DNA from: Podarcis filfolensis
Lineage: Eukaryota
Assembly: GCA_964270895.1 (NCBI GenBank)
Contig: OZ185446.1
Reading direction: 5' to 3' (one strand)
DNA: 64,000 nt
Part shown: positions 50,297 through 62,934 of the stretch, piece after piece
Numbering within the stretch: the first letter of the stretch is position 1
How the letters are laid out: each line of letters begins with the position of its first letter
Translations under genes and position numbers: made by a program
Notes under the pieces: model-generated
Databases searched by the model: none
Told to the model about the DNA's origin: nothing
What the model saw: only the letters and a program-made list of their open reading frames with translations

Positions 50297-53043
50297 GTAA
50301 GTGAGCTTTTCCTACATCTTCTTTAGAATGACATTTATTTTCTTGGTGTATGTTTTATGGAGTGAGGAATTCTGCTGTTCCTAAATTGCTTATCACAGAG
50401 AACCCCTATTGATGATCAAACAGCTGTGCCTATTAGGTATTTGCAATATAACAAACTTGATTTTTGAAATGTACAGGTTTTCTAAAAAAATTGGATGTCA
50501 TTGATTCCATATTACTGTTCCGCTAAAGTACTCTGCTGCTTACATAAATAAATATAGTAGAATAACCTCAACTATTTTAAAAGTTTCATATTCTCATTTG
50601 TAATCTATACTATAGTTTTCCAGTAAGTATCATGGTTTGGATGTTAGAGGAAATTCTGGTTTAACAAACCATGGAGTACCATATATATATAGTACAGTAC
50701 ATGTATAGTACAGCATAGTCTGTTGAAACCTCCACAATTGAATCAGTTAAAATACATGAAACAATATTTCCAAGTAATTTGTTCAGTTAGCTGGTTCAAT
50801 TATGCAGTATCAGAGAAACAGTAAGTGTTGGGCAGGAAATCCGTCCGAGGGAGGAGGCAGCAGACACCACTGTCTCCACAGGTATTAACCGCCTTGTGAA
50901 ACCCACCCAGTCAGTCCCTCTGACTAGATCTCACAGGCCATGTTGAGCAAGGGACAAGATAACATGTTTTTGGCTTGACCCTTGCAACCTTCCTGCCCAC
51001 ATTCTCAGGCTGCAATAACTCAAACTGATCTCACAAAAAAAATAACCAGATGGGTGTTCTAGACACCTCTACAGCAAAAAGAAAGAAAGTAGAGTAGGAA
51101 GTATGGTCTCAACCCCAAAAATCATTGGGAGTTTTCCAACTAATTTCTGCTAAGAGTAGACCCACTGAAATCAATGTGAATTGGTCTACTGTACATATGA
51201 CTAACACTGGATACAACTCACAGATTATTGGACTCAAATCACCGCATTTCTGGGCTATATTTTTGATGCTGGAGAGTTCCTGACCTTAGTCTACTTATGT
51301 GACTTCGTAACACATCTTCCGCTTTGGCAGACATTTTATCCAGTGGGCTAAGTATCATTTTGGTTATCGTACCCACCCCCTCTTTGCTTGAAGAAGTGTA
51401 CAGTACTGTTTCCATAACCTAGTGGTCTTTATGCAAAGATGATATCTAAAATCTTTTTTTGCTTCCAGATTTTTTTAAAAATAAAATCTTTACAAGAGAA
51501 TCAGCAGAAATCTTGGCATTTGGGCATTGTTTTGTATGTCAAAATGTGTCCATATCTCTCACCCGAGGATCTTGTTTCTATGCAAGTTATGTGACTTACA
51601 TATAACAGGAACATTAAGAGATTTTTTTCCTTTGGTGCTTTAGGTCATGTGGAGCTCCTATCATTTGAAGTTTTCTTATGTAGGTGGTAGGCTTAAATTT
51701 ATGTTTCTGTTTGCAAAATGCGTTTCTAGATTTCATGGCTGTGGAGTTAGCTTTCTGTTTCCAACACCATGTTGTTTGAACAAATCTGTAATATAAGCAG
51801 AAGTATAACTGGAAATTATACCCATATGAGTGTTTCCTAATGATACCCAAGGGGAAGATTCAGATACTTCTCTCTCAAGTGGTGTAGAGAAAATAGATTA
51901 AAACATTGGGTACTATTTCCCCCACTTTTTCATAAGTGTTCATCAAACTAGTCTGTAATGCTAGTCTGTAATGCAGTCACCTGACTATCTTAATCACCAG
52001 TATTTTCTCTCTTCATGGCCTGGTCCTTTTAGAAAGAAAGACCTAGCATTCCTCATGTCAAAGCAGCAAGTTCCAACACTGACCTTCCTTTTGTAACTGA
52101 AAATTCCTAAGTTTTAGAATCTCTTGCTGGGTGACAGTTCTATAATTTATGTAGATGGGATTCCAGTATTCAAATGTGAATGCACTTACACAGTTGTGTG
52201 TTCTTTGCATTTCTCCCTACCAATTGGTTAAAAAATGTTTCTGGAGAGATAATAGCCAATTCAGAGACTCTCAAACACTCCACTGTTTTACAAGTACCTT
52301 GGTAATGGTTTAATAAAATGGCACTATTTTCTTTAGTTCTACATACAGCTGATGGTTTCTCTTTTAATATACTATAATATATTAGCAGCAGCAATTTTTT
52401 TTTTTAAATCAGAAGTACTTTTTGGTATTTGACACCATAGAGAGAGAAAAATAGAATCAAGCAAAGATATTTGTGCTTATGGGGTAGCTCATCACTGTGG
52501 CAGTTATTGGCATAGTATGAAGGGCAAACTACTGGATCACATTCCATAATGCAAGAATTAAAATATACTGAACTATAACCACTACGAGCATGTTTGGTAG
52601 AGACTTTTAACCAGGGATACAAGTTCTGTTCTGGAATTGCATCTTGAAGCTGGGCAAGTTACGTGTTGTGTGCTTTCATTGGATGAATCTTGTTCCTTTA
52701 TTTTAAAGAACTGTTTAGGATGGGAGTAATTGGGATTGGAACATGGCACATGGGGAGAGGAGTTAATGCTTCCCCCATCATGGTCCTGACAAAAATGATG
52801 TCCCTGAAGCTGATGCTTGTCCCAATGGGGAGCCTGTTCTTGACACCAATGACAGCCTTAGGTGGAGGAGTTGTTGGGCAAGAAGGTCAGCCACTCTTTT
52901 TGGCATGCTGAGGTCCCCATCTTTATCCCACCCTCCACCCCAGCCAGCTGTTGCATCAAATAAAATAACTATACATGTTGCAATTATTTGCTTGTTGGCT
53001 TTTTCTCCGGAAAAAGGTGGAATATGGATGAGAAAATGCAATA

Positions 53044-53303
53044 CAGTCATACCTTGGGTTACAGATGCTTCAGGTTGTGTTTTTTCGGGTTATGGACAGC
53101 CGAAACCCGGAAGTTCTGGAATGGGTTATTTCTGGGTTTCGACGGTCACGCATGCACAGAAGCGCTAAATTGTGCTTTGTGCATGCGCAGAATTGCTGAA
53201 TCGCAACCTGCGCGTGTGCAAACGTGCTGCTGTGGGTTGCGAATGCTGTGGGTTGCGAACGTGCATGCCACATGGATCACGTTTGCAACCTGAGCGTCCA
53301 CTG
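53044..53303. mobile_element. Tc1/mariner (pogo/Tigger-like) MITE
   Basis: Ends CAGTCATACCTTGGGTTAC / GCAACCTGAGCGTCCACTG, TA flanks, internal cgaaacccggaa..ttctgggtttcg palindrome; related to 9907-10082. Confidence 0.82.
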
Positions 53304-54280
53304 TACCTCATTTGGGAATAGTGAAGATCCTGGTGTAGAATACTCCAAATAAGAGCCTGTGGTCTTCCTTTGTGGTCTTCTTTCTCAAGGCAGAGCAGGT
53401 TGCCCTAAAGAGCCATTTAATTTCTCAAGGCATATGAGGAGAAATAATATCTAATGAAATGGCCAGATTCTTAAAATGTCCTAGGAAAGTGTCTGAGAAA
53501 GATGAGTTGTAATTAGAAAGGCACTTTCTAAGTTTCAGCTAGGTTTCAGTCAGTAAGCGCCCCCCCATCCCGCCCCCTGTTCTGGAATGCTAAGCTTTAA
53601 TTTGTCACTTCTGAGGCTTCATGGAATTTTGCCACAATTTATTAGCTTTTTAAACCTATTATAAAATAGAAGTTGGTTTATATTTAGTCACAACTGAATC
53701 TGCTTACCTCACAAGACACCTAGAATAAACAATCGGTTGCCTGTTTGATGTCAGATGGTCCACAACTTTTATTTAAAAAAAGATAGACACTCAGAATAAA
53801 AACAAAATGCAATATAAAACTAGAGTAAGACATGCAATAAAAATAATGTCAGCAATTAAATGCAGCAGATTAAAACAGTCTTTAAAAGGTCTGGGAGAAC
53901 ATAAAGACTTTTATGTTCTGGCTCCAAAGGATAGCAAAATAGCCACAGGTGAGCCTGTCTGAGGAGACATCTTTGCTGTAAAAGGCTTCTGGTTTCCCAT
54001 TAGCCTCACCTCATATGTCAAGGGCATCTAAAAGCATCATTTGCTGACCTATGCATGGGAAGTTTGATGTAGGAACATGCATTTGTTCAGCTACCCTGAT
54101 TCTAAGCAATGTATAATGTACAACGTCTTCAAATACTTGTTGGCATCCGTCTGTCTTGAGAGACAATGGAGTGCATCTCTAGGAGCAAAGTCAAACTGCT
54201 GGAGAAGCACAGCACCTGCTGTGTTGGTAACTCAGAACTGCTGCCTCCCCTGTTATGTTTGCTGCGTTAGCATCACAGAA

Positions 54281-54827
54281 GTGACCTCCCTGAGGCGCAA
54301 ACCTGAGCAGTATGCATTGAGGTCTTGAGCTGCCCAAACGACAATACCCCCCTCTCAGCCTTGCTGATGTATTGCTCTGCTTTCCTTTGGACTACGTTTG
54401 GCACCAGCTTCGCTGTAGGAGTTGCTGGAAGGAAGCGTACAAGGTGCCATCGAACCGTCTTAGGGATTCTACTTCGGATTGGTGTAGGGTTTACTCCTGA
54501 GCCTTTTCTTCTCCCAATGATGTTCTGCAAGGCAGCGGATGTTTAGGACCAGAATTTTCCTTCTTTTTGATGGGCTACCCTCCCAGGTTGAGAAGCCCCA
54601 TCTGCCCCTCACTTCCCTCTACAGCTCATGCAGAAACCGCTTTCTTGACTGTTGGACCTGCTATTGGTCTCATCCGCTCAATCCGCCGGAGCCTGTCTTT
54701 GCATGCAGGGGAAGTCCGTAACTCAGCAAGGGTTTGAAACCCATAAGCTACCCTCACCTGGTTTAACCGACCAGTCAAAGCTGTTCCTGGGGTGCAGCCG
54801 CTATCGCATGCTGACAGCTTCTAGGAG
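54281..54827 (-). mobile_element. Non-LTR retroelement 5'-part fragment (same family as 41164-41610), copy B
   Basis: Reverse complement aligns with copy A; carries about 90 bp (54436-54527) missing from copy A. Confidence 0.7.
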
Positions 54828-56039
54828 TACTGAATATGTTTGTAGAAAAATGTGTGTTAAGTGTAAACAGCACATGAGAAAACTGGCCAGAGCTAATCTT
54901 TTAGGTGAAAGTTTATATTGCATTTCCTAAGTACATAACAAAATGTCACCCTTTTGAATTACACTGATTGCGCTTTGTTGGTCTTTATCACTTCTAAATT
55001 TGCTCTTGGATTCAGCTGGGTTTCATTTGGTTTAAGGAAAACGTTCCCTTTATTTTATGGGATGAATGCTGATACATATAGAATCAAAATGGCACCCCAC
55101 CCACCCACCCGAGAGGCAGCAGAAGACACAGGGGAACTCAGGTTTGCAGAAGTACAGCATTAGAAATAAAAATAAAAGGGGACCAAGATCAGGAAATGGA
55201 TTGTGTATACATGTGCACAACCATTTTTTGTCCTGACAGTTGCAGGAGGTGGGGAAGGAGAAGTACGGGCAGTAGTTCCACTGCCACCCGTACTCGCTTG
55301 GGAGGCCAGACTTGCAATAACAGCTGCTACTGGAACTGTGCAAGCTATGAATGTACTTCATTCTTCCTGTAACACATTTGCCTGTCCCAGATTTGAAAGC
55401 AGATAGAGGAATGATGGAAATCCCTAAGGTGGGACTTCTGGCATCTCCCTTAGAAATGAGACTGACTCTAGGTTGAGAAGGAGAGTGTGTCAGCACAGAA
55501 GGCTGCTAAAAGAAATAGGAGGCCTCTATCTCTGCCCAGTTAGAGCACAAGATCATGGGTGGAGGCCTGACGATACCCTGTGGGAATTCCTCTGGGTGTT
55601 GCACCCATGGAACTGGAGAAACTCATATTTAATGTAAAATGCTGTAACCTTGATGAAGTTTAATCATCAGGTGTTAAGTTTAACATGGCTTCTACATGGT
55701 TTAATTTTATTAATTTCCCAAAGGGAAATGAGGACGGTACAAGTTTCTGAATAAAGCTTTCTTTCATTTGTCATACATGAACATGCAACACCTTTGACCC
55801 TGTGGAAATACTAGAAAAAATATTTCTCTATTATGTCTTTATTATATTGTATATGGCCACTTGCTACCTGATTCACTAGGACTGCACAATATTTTTCTCA
55901 GGGGTATATTTTTAAAACTTCATTAAAGATTCACATTTGGTGTTTTTCCAGATTGTGTGAAGTAAATTAGAATATATTTGGCCTTCATATTTAAGCAGTA
56001 TTTTAATTTAATCAATATGTCAAATATGTTTATATTATT

Positions 56040-56300
56040 TGTGGAATGCTTTCCTCAGGGAGGTTCACCTGGTGCCATCATTACATGTCTTTAGGCGCTA
56101 GGCAAAAACGTTTCTCTTCAACCAGGTGTTTGGCTGATTAACATTCTATGGCTTTTTAAATGTGTTTGTGGGAGTGGGGTTATTGGTTTGTTTTTGTTTT
56201 ATTATGTATTTTGCATTCTCATTTTGTATTTTAATGTTGTGAACTGCACTAGGATCTTCAGATGGAGGGTGGTATACAAATTTAAACAACAACAACAACT
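56040..56300 (+). mobile_element. Degraded LINE 3' end (L2-like) with (AAC)n tail
   Basis: gtggaatgctttcc...tgtgaactgcactagg...ggtatacaaatttaaacaacaacaac. Confidence 0.5.
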
Positions 56301-56844
56301 TTAAGTGGACAAAGTGCTTGTTGACACTTAAGGAAGTGAAACCATACTGCACTTGTTTCACTGGCTTACGTCTGCCATTTTGAAAAAATTATTTGAAGCA
56401 TTTCCAAAAATGGCTTTTACAAAAAACAAACCCCAACCCTGAAACCCCATAGTAATTCTGTTGCAGAATTCGGGGTGCAATCTAGCCACATTTATGCACT
56501 TTGAACTTCAATTAGAGAGCATTAAGGAGATGTTCAAATATTTTCCATTAAAATGAATGAAACCTAAGTTTTTAATGGTTGGCTGAATTATGTTCTGTTT
56601 TGGTTTTAAAAAAACAAACCTTTGGCAAAAATTCAAAGGGCTGTGAATTGTGTTTCATGCAAACACACATTTTCTTTTCTTTGAAAAAGGCCTGATTTGC
56701 ACTGCAGCACCTGCTGTCCCTTAAAAACATTGTACTTGAGGGTTGGAGAAGCCTTCTTGAGCAGTAGTTGATATGGTTCAAGGGGGTGCAGCTAGAAGGG
56801 AAAATATGCAATCCATTTGTGCATATATGGAAGTATTTTAGGCA

Positions 56845-57182
56845 TGTGGGTTAAACCACAGAGCCTAGGACTTGCCAATCAGAAGGTCGGTGGTTCGAAT
56901 CCCGTGACGGGGTGAGCTCCCATTGCTCGGTCCCTTCTCCTGCCAACCTAGCAGTTCAAAAGCACATCAAAGTGCAAGTAGATAAATAGGTACTGCTCCG
57001 GCGGGAAGGTAAATGGTGTTTCCATGCGCTGTTCTGGTTTGCCAGAAGCGGCTTAGTCATGCTGGCCACATGACCCGGAAGCTGTACGCTGGCTCCCTCA
57101 GCCAATAAAGCGAGATGAGCGCCGCAACCCCAGAGTCGGCCACGATTGGACCTAATGGTCAGGGGTCCCTTTACCTTTACCT
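56845..57182 (+). mobile_element. Sauria-type SINE, slightly 5'-truncated
   Basis: gtgggttaaaccacagagcctagg...ggttcgaatccc...ggggtccctttacctttacct; no clear TSD. Confidence 0.92.
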
Positions 57183-57661
57183 ATAGAGCTCTACAGATCC
57201 TGGCTCATAACTACTAAATTTTTACCAGTAGAAAATCATCTTGTCTCTCCATTAGTCTTTGATACTTCACCAGCAGTTCTATACCTTCTTATCTGAAACT
57301 AAGTTCTTGAAACTCTTAGGAAACTTCTGCATAGGCCTCCATAGGATTGCACTGTTAGCACTATGATGTTTGAGATAAGCAAAAACAATTTTTTATATTA
57401 ATTTTTATTGAACAACAAAGACAGACAGTACACATGAAGAGAAAAACAAACATTAACAACAAAATCATGTAAGCTAAACGCAAGGAGTTTCATAATAAAG
57501 TCAAAAGAAAAATCAGGAGTGAATGAAATGGATACAGTTATAAAAGGCTTGTATAACACAACTTACATTGTACAATAAAGGAAATAGGAAAAAAGAAAAA
57601 GGTACTGCCTGTTTATGGAGTGCTAAATAAATTTTTGTTTGAAGGGATTTGAATTTTGAAT

Positions 57662-57721
57662 AATAAGCTTCTGTCTTACAAATAAGCTTGTGTCTTACAA
57701 ATAATAAGCTTGTGTCTTACA
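57662..57721 (+). repeat. Three tandem copies of the 19-mer AATAAGCTTGTGTCTTACA
   Basis: Units start at 57662, 57681 and 57703 (one substitution, one 3-nt spacer). Confidence 0.9.
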
Positions 57722-58443
57722 AAAATATTTTCTCCAGTTAATTTAAGATTTAGTTACTTATTTTTAAATGACAAGCAGCACTGCAGAAAAAATCCATACA
57801 TATGTTAATGAATATGTATAAATATTGGTGTAAATGTATTGTATTTCACCATATTGTATTTTCTTTTATACGTTGTACAGAAAATTAAAAATTACCTTTC
57901 AAATTACAATAGTCTGAACAACCTAAAGGAAAAGAGCTATCTTACAAAAGCTTATATCTGCAAATCTGAGGCAATAAAGATTAACTTACAGAATAACCTG
58001 TTGTTACATGTTGCAAAAGCATGTATTTCAGCAGGAACTAGTGTTTGGAAAAATAGCTGACATTTTTTGTATTTAATAAATAGAAGTATCATGATTAAGT
58101 GTAAGGGGATGCCAGTATGTGCACTTCTACTAATTGCTGCAATCTGATGCTTGCAAAACTGACAGCTGATATCTTGCTGATATATTAGTAAGTGTATTTT
58201 GTTCTTTATAGTTCCTGTCAGTTTAATATTTTTTTTAAACCCTCCTCAGTTATTTTAAGTGGCAACTTTATAACTTCTTTTAAATACATAGTTAGCTTTA
58301 ACTTTCTCTATGATGTTTTAGAATGTTGGGACACATGTATGTTTCTGAATTGAAATAACACTGTGTGTCTTTTGGAGTACAGTTAATTTATTGTGGTCTA
58401 ACTGTCTCTCTCAACTTCCTCTTTCCTACTTCAATAATGTTAG

Positions 58444-58699
58444 ACTTACACAAGCACTACCAACAACTCTATGACAGGCTCATTGAAGAGGCTGGAAGAT
58501 ACCGCAGCTCGCTTTACAAATGCAAATTTCCAGGAAGTGTCTGCACATGCTTCAAGTGGTAAAGATGTTTCAGAGGCCAGAGGTTCAGAGAGCAAAGGGA
58601 AGAAGTCCGCAGGTCATAATTCAGGTCAGAGGGGAAGAAAGCCTGGTGGTGGGAGGACTCCTGGAGCTCCGGTGTCAGCAGCTTGTACTTTTCAACAAG
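58444..58699 (+). CDS. MLLT10: MLLT10 coding exon 9 (256 nt)
   Basis: aatgttAG|ACT TAC... = TYTSTTNNSMTGSLKRLEDTAARFTNANFQEVSAH...GRKPGGGRTPGAPVSAACTFQQ(G); donor AAG|gtatta; overlaps ORF 58471..58755. Confidence 0.95.
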
Positions 58700-59636
58700 G
58701 TATTATTCAAGAATACTATATAACTTCCATGACTGCCAAGAATTCAATAGGTTAAAAACTTTGCAAATTTAGATGTACTTTCCTATGTATTATATTTGAT
58801 CAATGCAATAACTGAATTGTATACTAATTTAGTTGAGAGAAAATGTTTTGGGACAGCTAGCAGAAGTAATGCATCTTTTCTGGAAATAGATAAGTACTAT
58901 TATTGTGATTAGAATATTCCTTTCCAGGAATATTTTTATAGCTATGAAATATAACCATCTGAGGGGATGAACCCTGTTTTTCCAGCTGAGACACAGACAA
59001 ATATCTTTCAGGTTGTGGATTACATTTAATCAATCACTACATTTCTTTAGTCTGCATGCAGTAACGCTTTTTTTTTTTTTTGAAGCAAACTGCTCATACT
59101 ACTTACTAAATAATGGACGGTCTATAATCAATGGTTGTTTAAATGGTGATCTTTTAATATTTGACACTGTATTTAGCTCACTTCATTCTAGTTATCCTTT
59201 CCATATGTTATGATCCAGTCTTTTTGTACACAGATACCCTACTGTAGTTATGGATTTCTTCTGCCACGACAGAAGAATCAGGCAACTATGATTAATACTA
59301 ACCTCTGAACCATGTTTTTCAAAACCACAATTTCAAATAATTGCTTGAAACCTGTAACATACAACTAACTATGGTTGTACTATAATAGAGGAGGGAATCT
59401 TTTGTGTAGGTGAGAATAAGCAATCCAGACTTGATTTGATTTTCCAACTCATGGTGTGGAGGATCATCTGAACTAAGCCAAAGTCACCCTGGGTCTCTGC
59501 TGATAAACCTAAGAATTCCAGGCCTATCACTCCCCATTCCCTCCTACGAGCAAACAGTTTTTGCAAACTTCCTGTGGTATTTCTGTCTGTTCCTCTTACT
59601 TTCACAAAATCGCCCCCTCTTTGGTCTTTGGGAGAT

Positions 59637-59781
59637 GGGGGATAGCTCAGTCAGTAGAGCACGAGACTCAGTCTCAGGCTTGTGGGTTCGAGCCCAACGT
59701 TGGGCAAAAGATTCTTGCATTGCAGGGAGTTGGACTAGATGATCCTTGTGGTCCCTTCCAACTCTTCATTTCTACAATTCT
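59637..59781 (+). mobile_element. tRNA-Lys(CTT)-derived SINE with CR1-type 3' tail
   Basis: Head tagctcagtcagtagagcacgagactc..tctcaggcttgtgggttcgagcccaacgttgggc follows tRNA-Lys but lacks part of the anticodon loop; tail ttggactagatgatcc..ggtcccttccaactct is a CR1 3' end. Confidence 0.8.
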
Positions 59782-59999
59782 CCTTCCTCAATTTTCTGTG
59801 ATGCTATAAAGTAGAAACAGCCCCTTTCATGCCTGTTTTTCCACCCCTGCAGTTATTCAGTATACCTGGGCTTTATTCCAGACAGCTGGTACAGGTGGGA
59901 AGCCAAAATACCTTGGCATCTCTTCCAGATTCAAAACAGCCTGTTTGAAAAGTAGTTGTTGCCTGTCCTGGGCTTGTGGGGAAAAGACAATAGATCAAA

Positions 60000-60180
60000 C
60001 AGCAGATAACATGCTTGTAGAAGGTCCCAGTTTCCACCCCTGGTATCTCCAGTTACACAGGCTGTAAAGCTTGGGAAAGACCATCACCAGATGCTGCTAG
60101 GTAGGTGGACAATATTGGGTAGACAGTATTAGTCATGATGGACCAAATTGTCTGGCTCTGTATAAGGCAGCTTTTCATAG
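60000..60180 (+). mobile_element. Degraded tRNA-derived squamate SINE (Squam3-like)
   Basis: tagaaggtcccagtttccacccctggtatctccag...gatggaccaaattgtctggctctgtataaggcagct; family name from memory. Confidence 0.5.
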
Positions 60181-61067
60181 GTTCAAGTGAGCTAGAAATG
60201 TGAATACCAAGTGTGTGTTAACACATACGAAAATCTAATCCTTCCTAATGGATTTTGCTTATATAATCCACGTTATATACAGGACATAAACTGCCTAGTA
60301 TAAGATATAAATGCAAAACACATGCATATTTCCAGTGCAGTTCTGTGCATGTTTACTCAAAAATAAGTCCCACTATGTTCAATACGACTTACTCCCAGGT
60401 ATGCATACATAGGATAGTAACCTGAGTGTACTTGAGATAAATATTGATATTTAAGTAGAATAAGAAATACTGTTTGTAATTATGCATAGCTCTCTAAATG
60501 AAATGTGAATGTCAGCTTCCTTTGGGGCAGTGCAAACAATTTTTCTTCTTTATTCTTGTTACGCTTGAGACTATTCCTTTAGATATTGAGCAGGATTACC
60601 TTGTGGTGATTTTCTGTTGTATTTTCTATAATATCTGACCTCAACTTACATAAACATTACACAGTATGGGAGCATGTTGGAATAAAGACAAAAGGATTAG
60701 TGCTCAAACAAGGAAGAAATTAGACATATAAGAAAAGATGTCTTGGCCATTTTCCTCAGTATAGTCTGCTAATTTTCTCCTTCTGTTGAATGTCAACCTA
60801 TATTTTAGAAGTGTATTGGGAACACTTTGCACTTTGCTTCAAATATCCTGATTAGCAGTTATTTACCGGCAGGCTACTTTGCCACTGGGCTAGACAGTTA
60901 TACCCACTTTCCCTCCATGCTACCTTAAATGTGGGAGCTGGTAGGAAGTGAACAGGGATTAGAGGTTTCCCTTTCTCCCTAATGTACCTGATGTTCTCCT
61001 TATGATTCTCCTTTTGTGGGGAGGAGTTAGGAGGAAAAGGTTGGAGTGCACCTCTGACAAGTGCGTG

Positions 61068-61209
61068 NNNNNNNNNNNNNNNNNNNNNNNNNNNNNNNNN
61101 NNNNNNNNNNNNNNNNNNNNNNNNNNNNNNNNNNNNNNNNNNNNNNNNNNNNNNNNNNNNNNNNNNNNNNNNNNNNNNNNNNNNNNNNNNNNNNNNNNNN
61201 NNNNNNNNN
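61068..61209. other. Assembly gap (142 N)
   Basis: Run of N. Confidence 1.
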
Positions 61210-62934
61210 TTTCTTTCATCAAGGTGGTAAGGATAGTTTCCCCCTTTCACGTTTTATGCTTGCAGCAACTGTTGAGTTTCTGGGGTATGGGTGTGCCTCC
61301 TAGTGCAGCACTCTACATCACACTAGTTGTCAACCTGACTTATCTTTCCTTTATATGAAGCTGTTTTAAGACACCTAAAAGGGAGGGAATGGTTTGGCAG
61401 CTGTGAAATCAGTTGCCACTCTCTTCTGTCATATAACATATAATGCATTTCATCATGTTATTCAGAAACTGTTTATCTTATTGTTTGGCACCTGGAAGCT
61501 TTTTTTATTTGCATTAAGCTGTTCAGTCACATTATCTTCTGATTTTCTGTATATTTTGCATTTTACTGTTGTTTTCAGAATCTGGTTTATCTTATTGTTA
61601 TTTTATTTTTGATTTGTATATAATTTTATAGTGAAATGTGTGCAGTTTTTTATGGTCCTGCCTTTTTACATTTTTGTCTTGGCCTGAGGACCACCAGCTG
61701 CCAACCCCTTTTCGTCCAGCAAGGAATTACTGCATGCTGTAATTTTTGTTAGTCCAGCATCCTGTTCTCACAGTGGCCAGCCACAGTACCAAAATTAACT
61801 GTGCTTAATCTTAGCTGCTTTGTTGCAAGAAACCATGGTTAAGAGTAACCACAGTTTAGAGTGGTAAACTCTTGTTAATCTACAATGTAGTCTAAAGTTT
61901 ATGAGCTCCTCATACAGGGGGAAGGGGAAATTATATGAGATTGAAACTTGTTATTGTAATCCTTCAGCTGACTAAATTTCTGAGGAGCCAAGTAGGGACT
62001 TTGCAAGACCTGTCAGTCACTGATTGAGTCCCAGGATCACAGTTATAATTCTAAACTATGGTTTGTCATGACATCTGAACCATCTCTTTTCACTTTTTAC
62101 AGATATGTTCATCAGCCTCTGTACTGAAAGCATTTGACATATATGCAAAGTATTTTAAAAGGCATTCAATACAATGCTCATATTTATTGTAGGAATATTC
62201 TTTTCCTAATGGAAAGCTTTGTGATTAATTTTCAGTTATTTTGAGACTTATTTATTATGGTTTGCTGAAGCTGGTAAAACTAATAATTAGAAGGGGAACA
62301 TATTGGCCATGTTTGGATTCCATTTTCTGAGAAATGTTTTGTTCATACAGATTTGCCTTGTGGGGAATTAGTCAGTGCCATCTAGAAAGGGCAAGTCAGA
62401 ATGATAGAAACAGGGATAAACTTAGGGCACACTGCCATTTCCCCACCCCCCCCCACCCCAGTTACCCTGATTTCATTTCTTTCACATCTTTTCTGCCCCA
62501 CGGCAGTCGTGGCTGAGAAATTATATTTTAGAGGATTTTCATTGGCACAATATCATAAAACAGTTTTATAAAACAATTTGAACATTGGTGCCAAAGTTGA
62601 ATTACAGAGTGATAAGAACCTCTACTTTGTGATTTACTTGGGCTTTATCCATTTTATTAGTGCAATCTCAGTCATTACTGTCCAGGCCAGTAAAGAGCTG
62701 AAAGAAATGAAGGTTGGCTGGGAATATGAGAACATAACATGTGCTGTAACTTTGCCACTTCCCTGCCCCTTTTGGATGGCACAAAGACTGGTGCAAAACT
62801 CTTATAGAACACAAACAGCAAAGCTGCTGTAACTTCTTGTTTGCCAACAAGATACATGTGCTAATTGTATTGCTGTGCTTACACAGTTGCCAGTTTATTT
62901 TATTTTTAACACTCTTTTTTGTCCTTTTCTCCAG

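Noticed and set aside
46645-51831. Exact 23-bp match CTGGAAATTATACCCATATGAGT at 46645-46667 and 51809-51831
   Set aside because: Both lie in degraded copies of what appears to be the aaccatggttt-type dispersed repeat seen elsewhere in the window, so shared ancestry is the likelier explanation.
57662-57721. CRISPR-like array
   Set aside because: Units are directly adjacent with no unique spacers, and the context is a vertebrate intron.
23175-58706. Minor (U12) introns suggested by the GTAT donors after coding exons 4 and 9
   Set aside because: The donors read GTATAATT and GTATTATT, not GTATCCTT, and no U12 branch site is evident.
59637-59705. Functional tRNA-Lys gene
   Set aside because: Anticodon loop partly deleted, acceptor stem mismatched, and fused to a CR1-type tail, so it is a SINE head.
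60852-61358. ORFs spanning 61.0-61.3 kb
   Set aside because: Artefacts of translating through the N gap.
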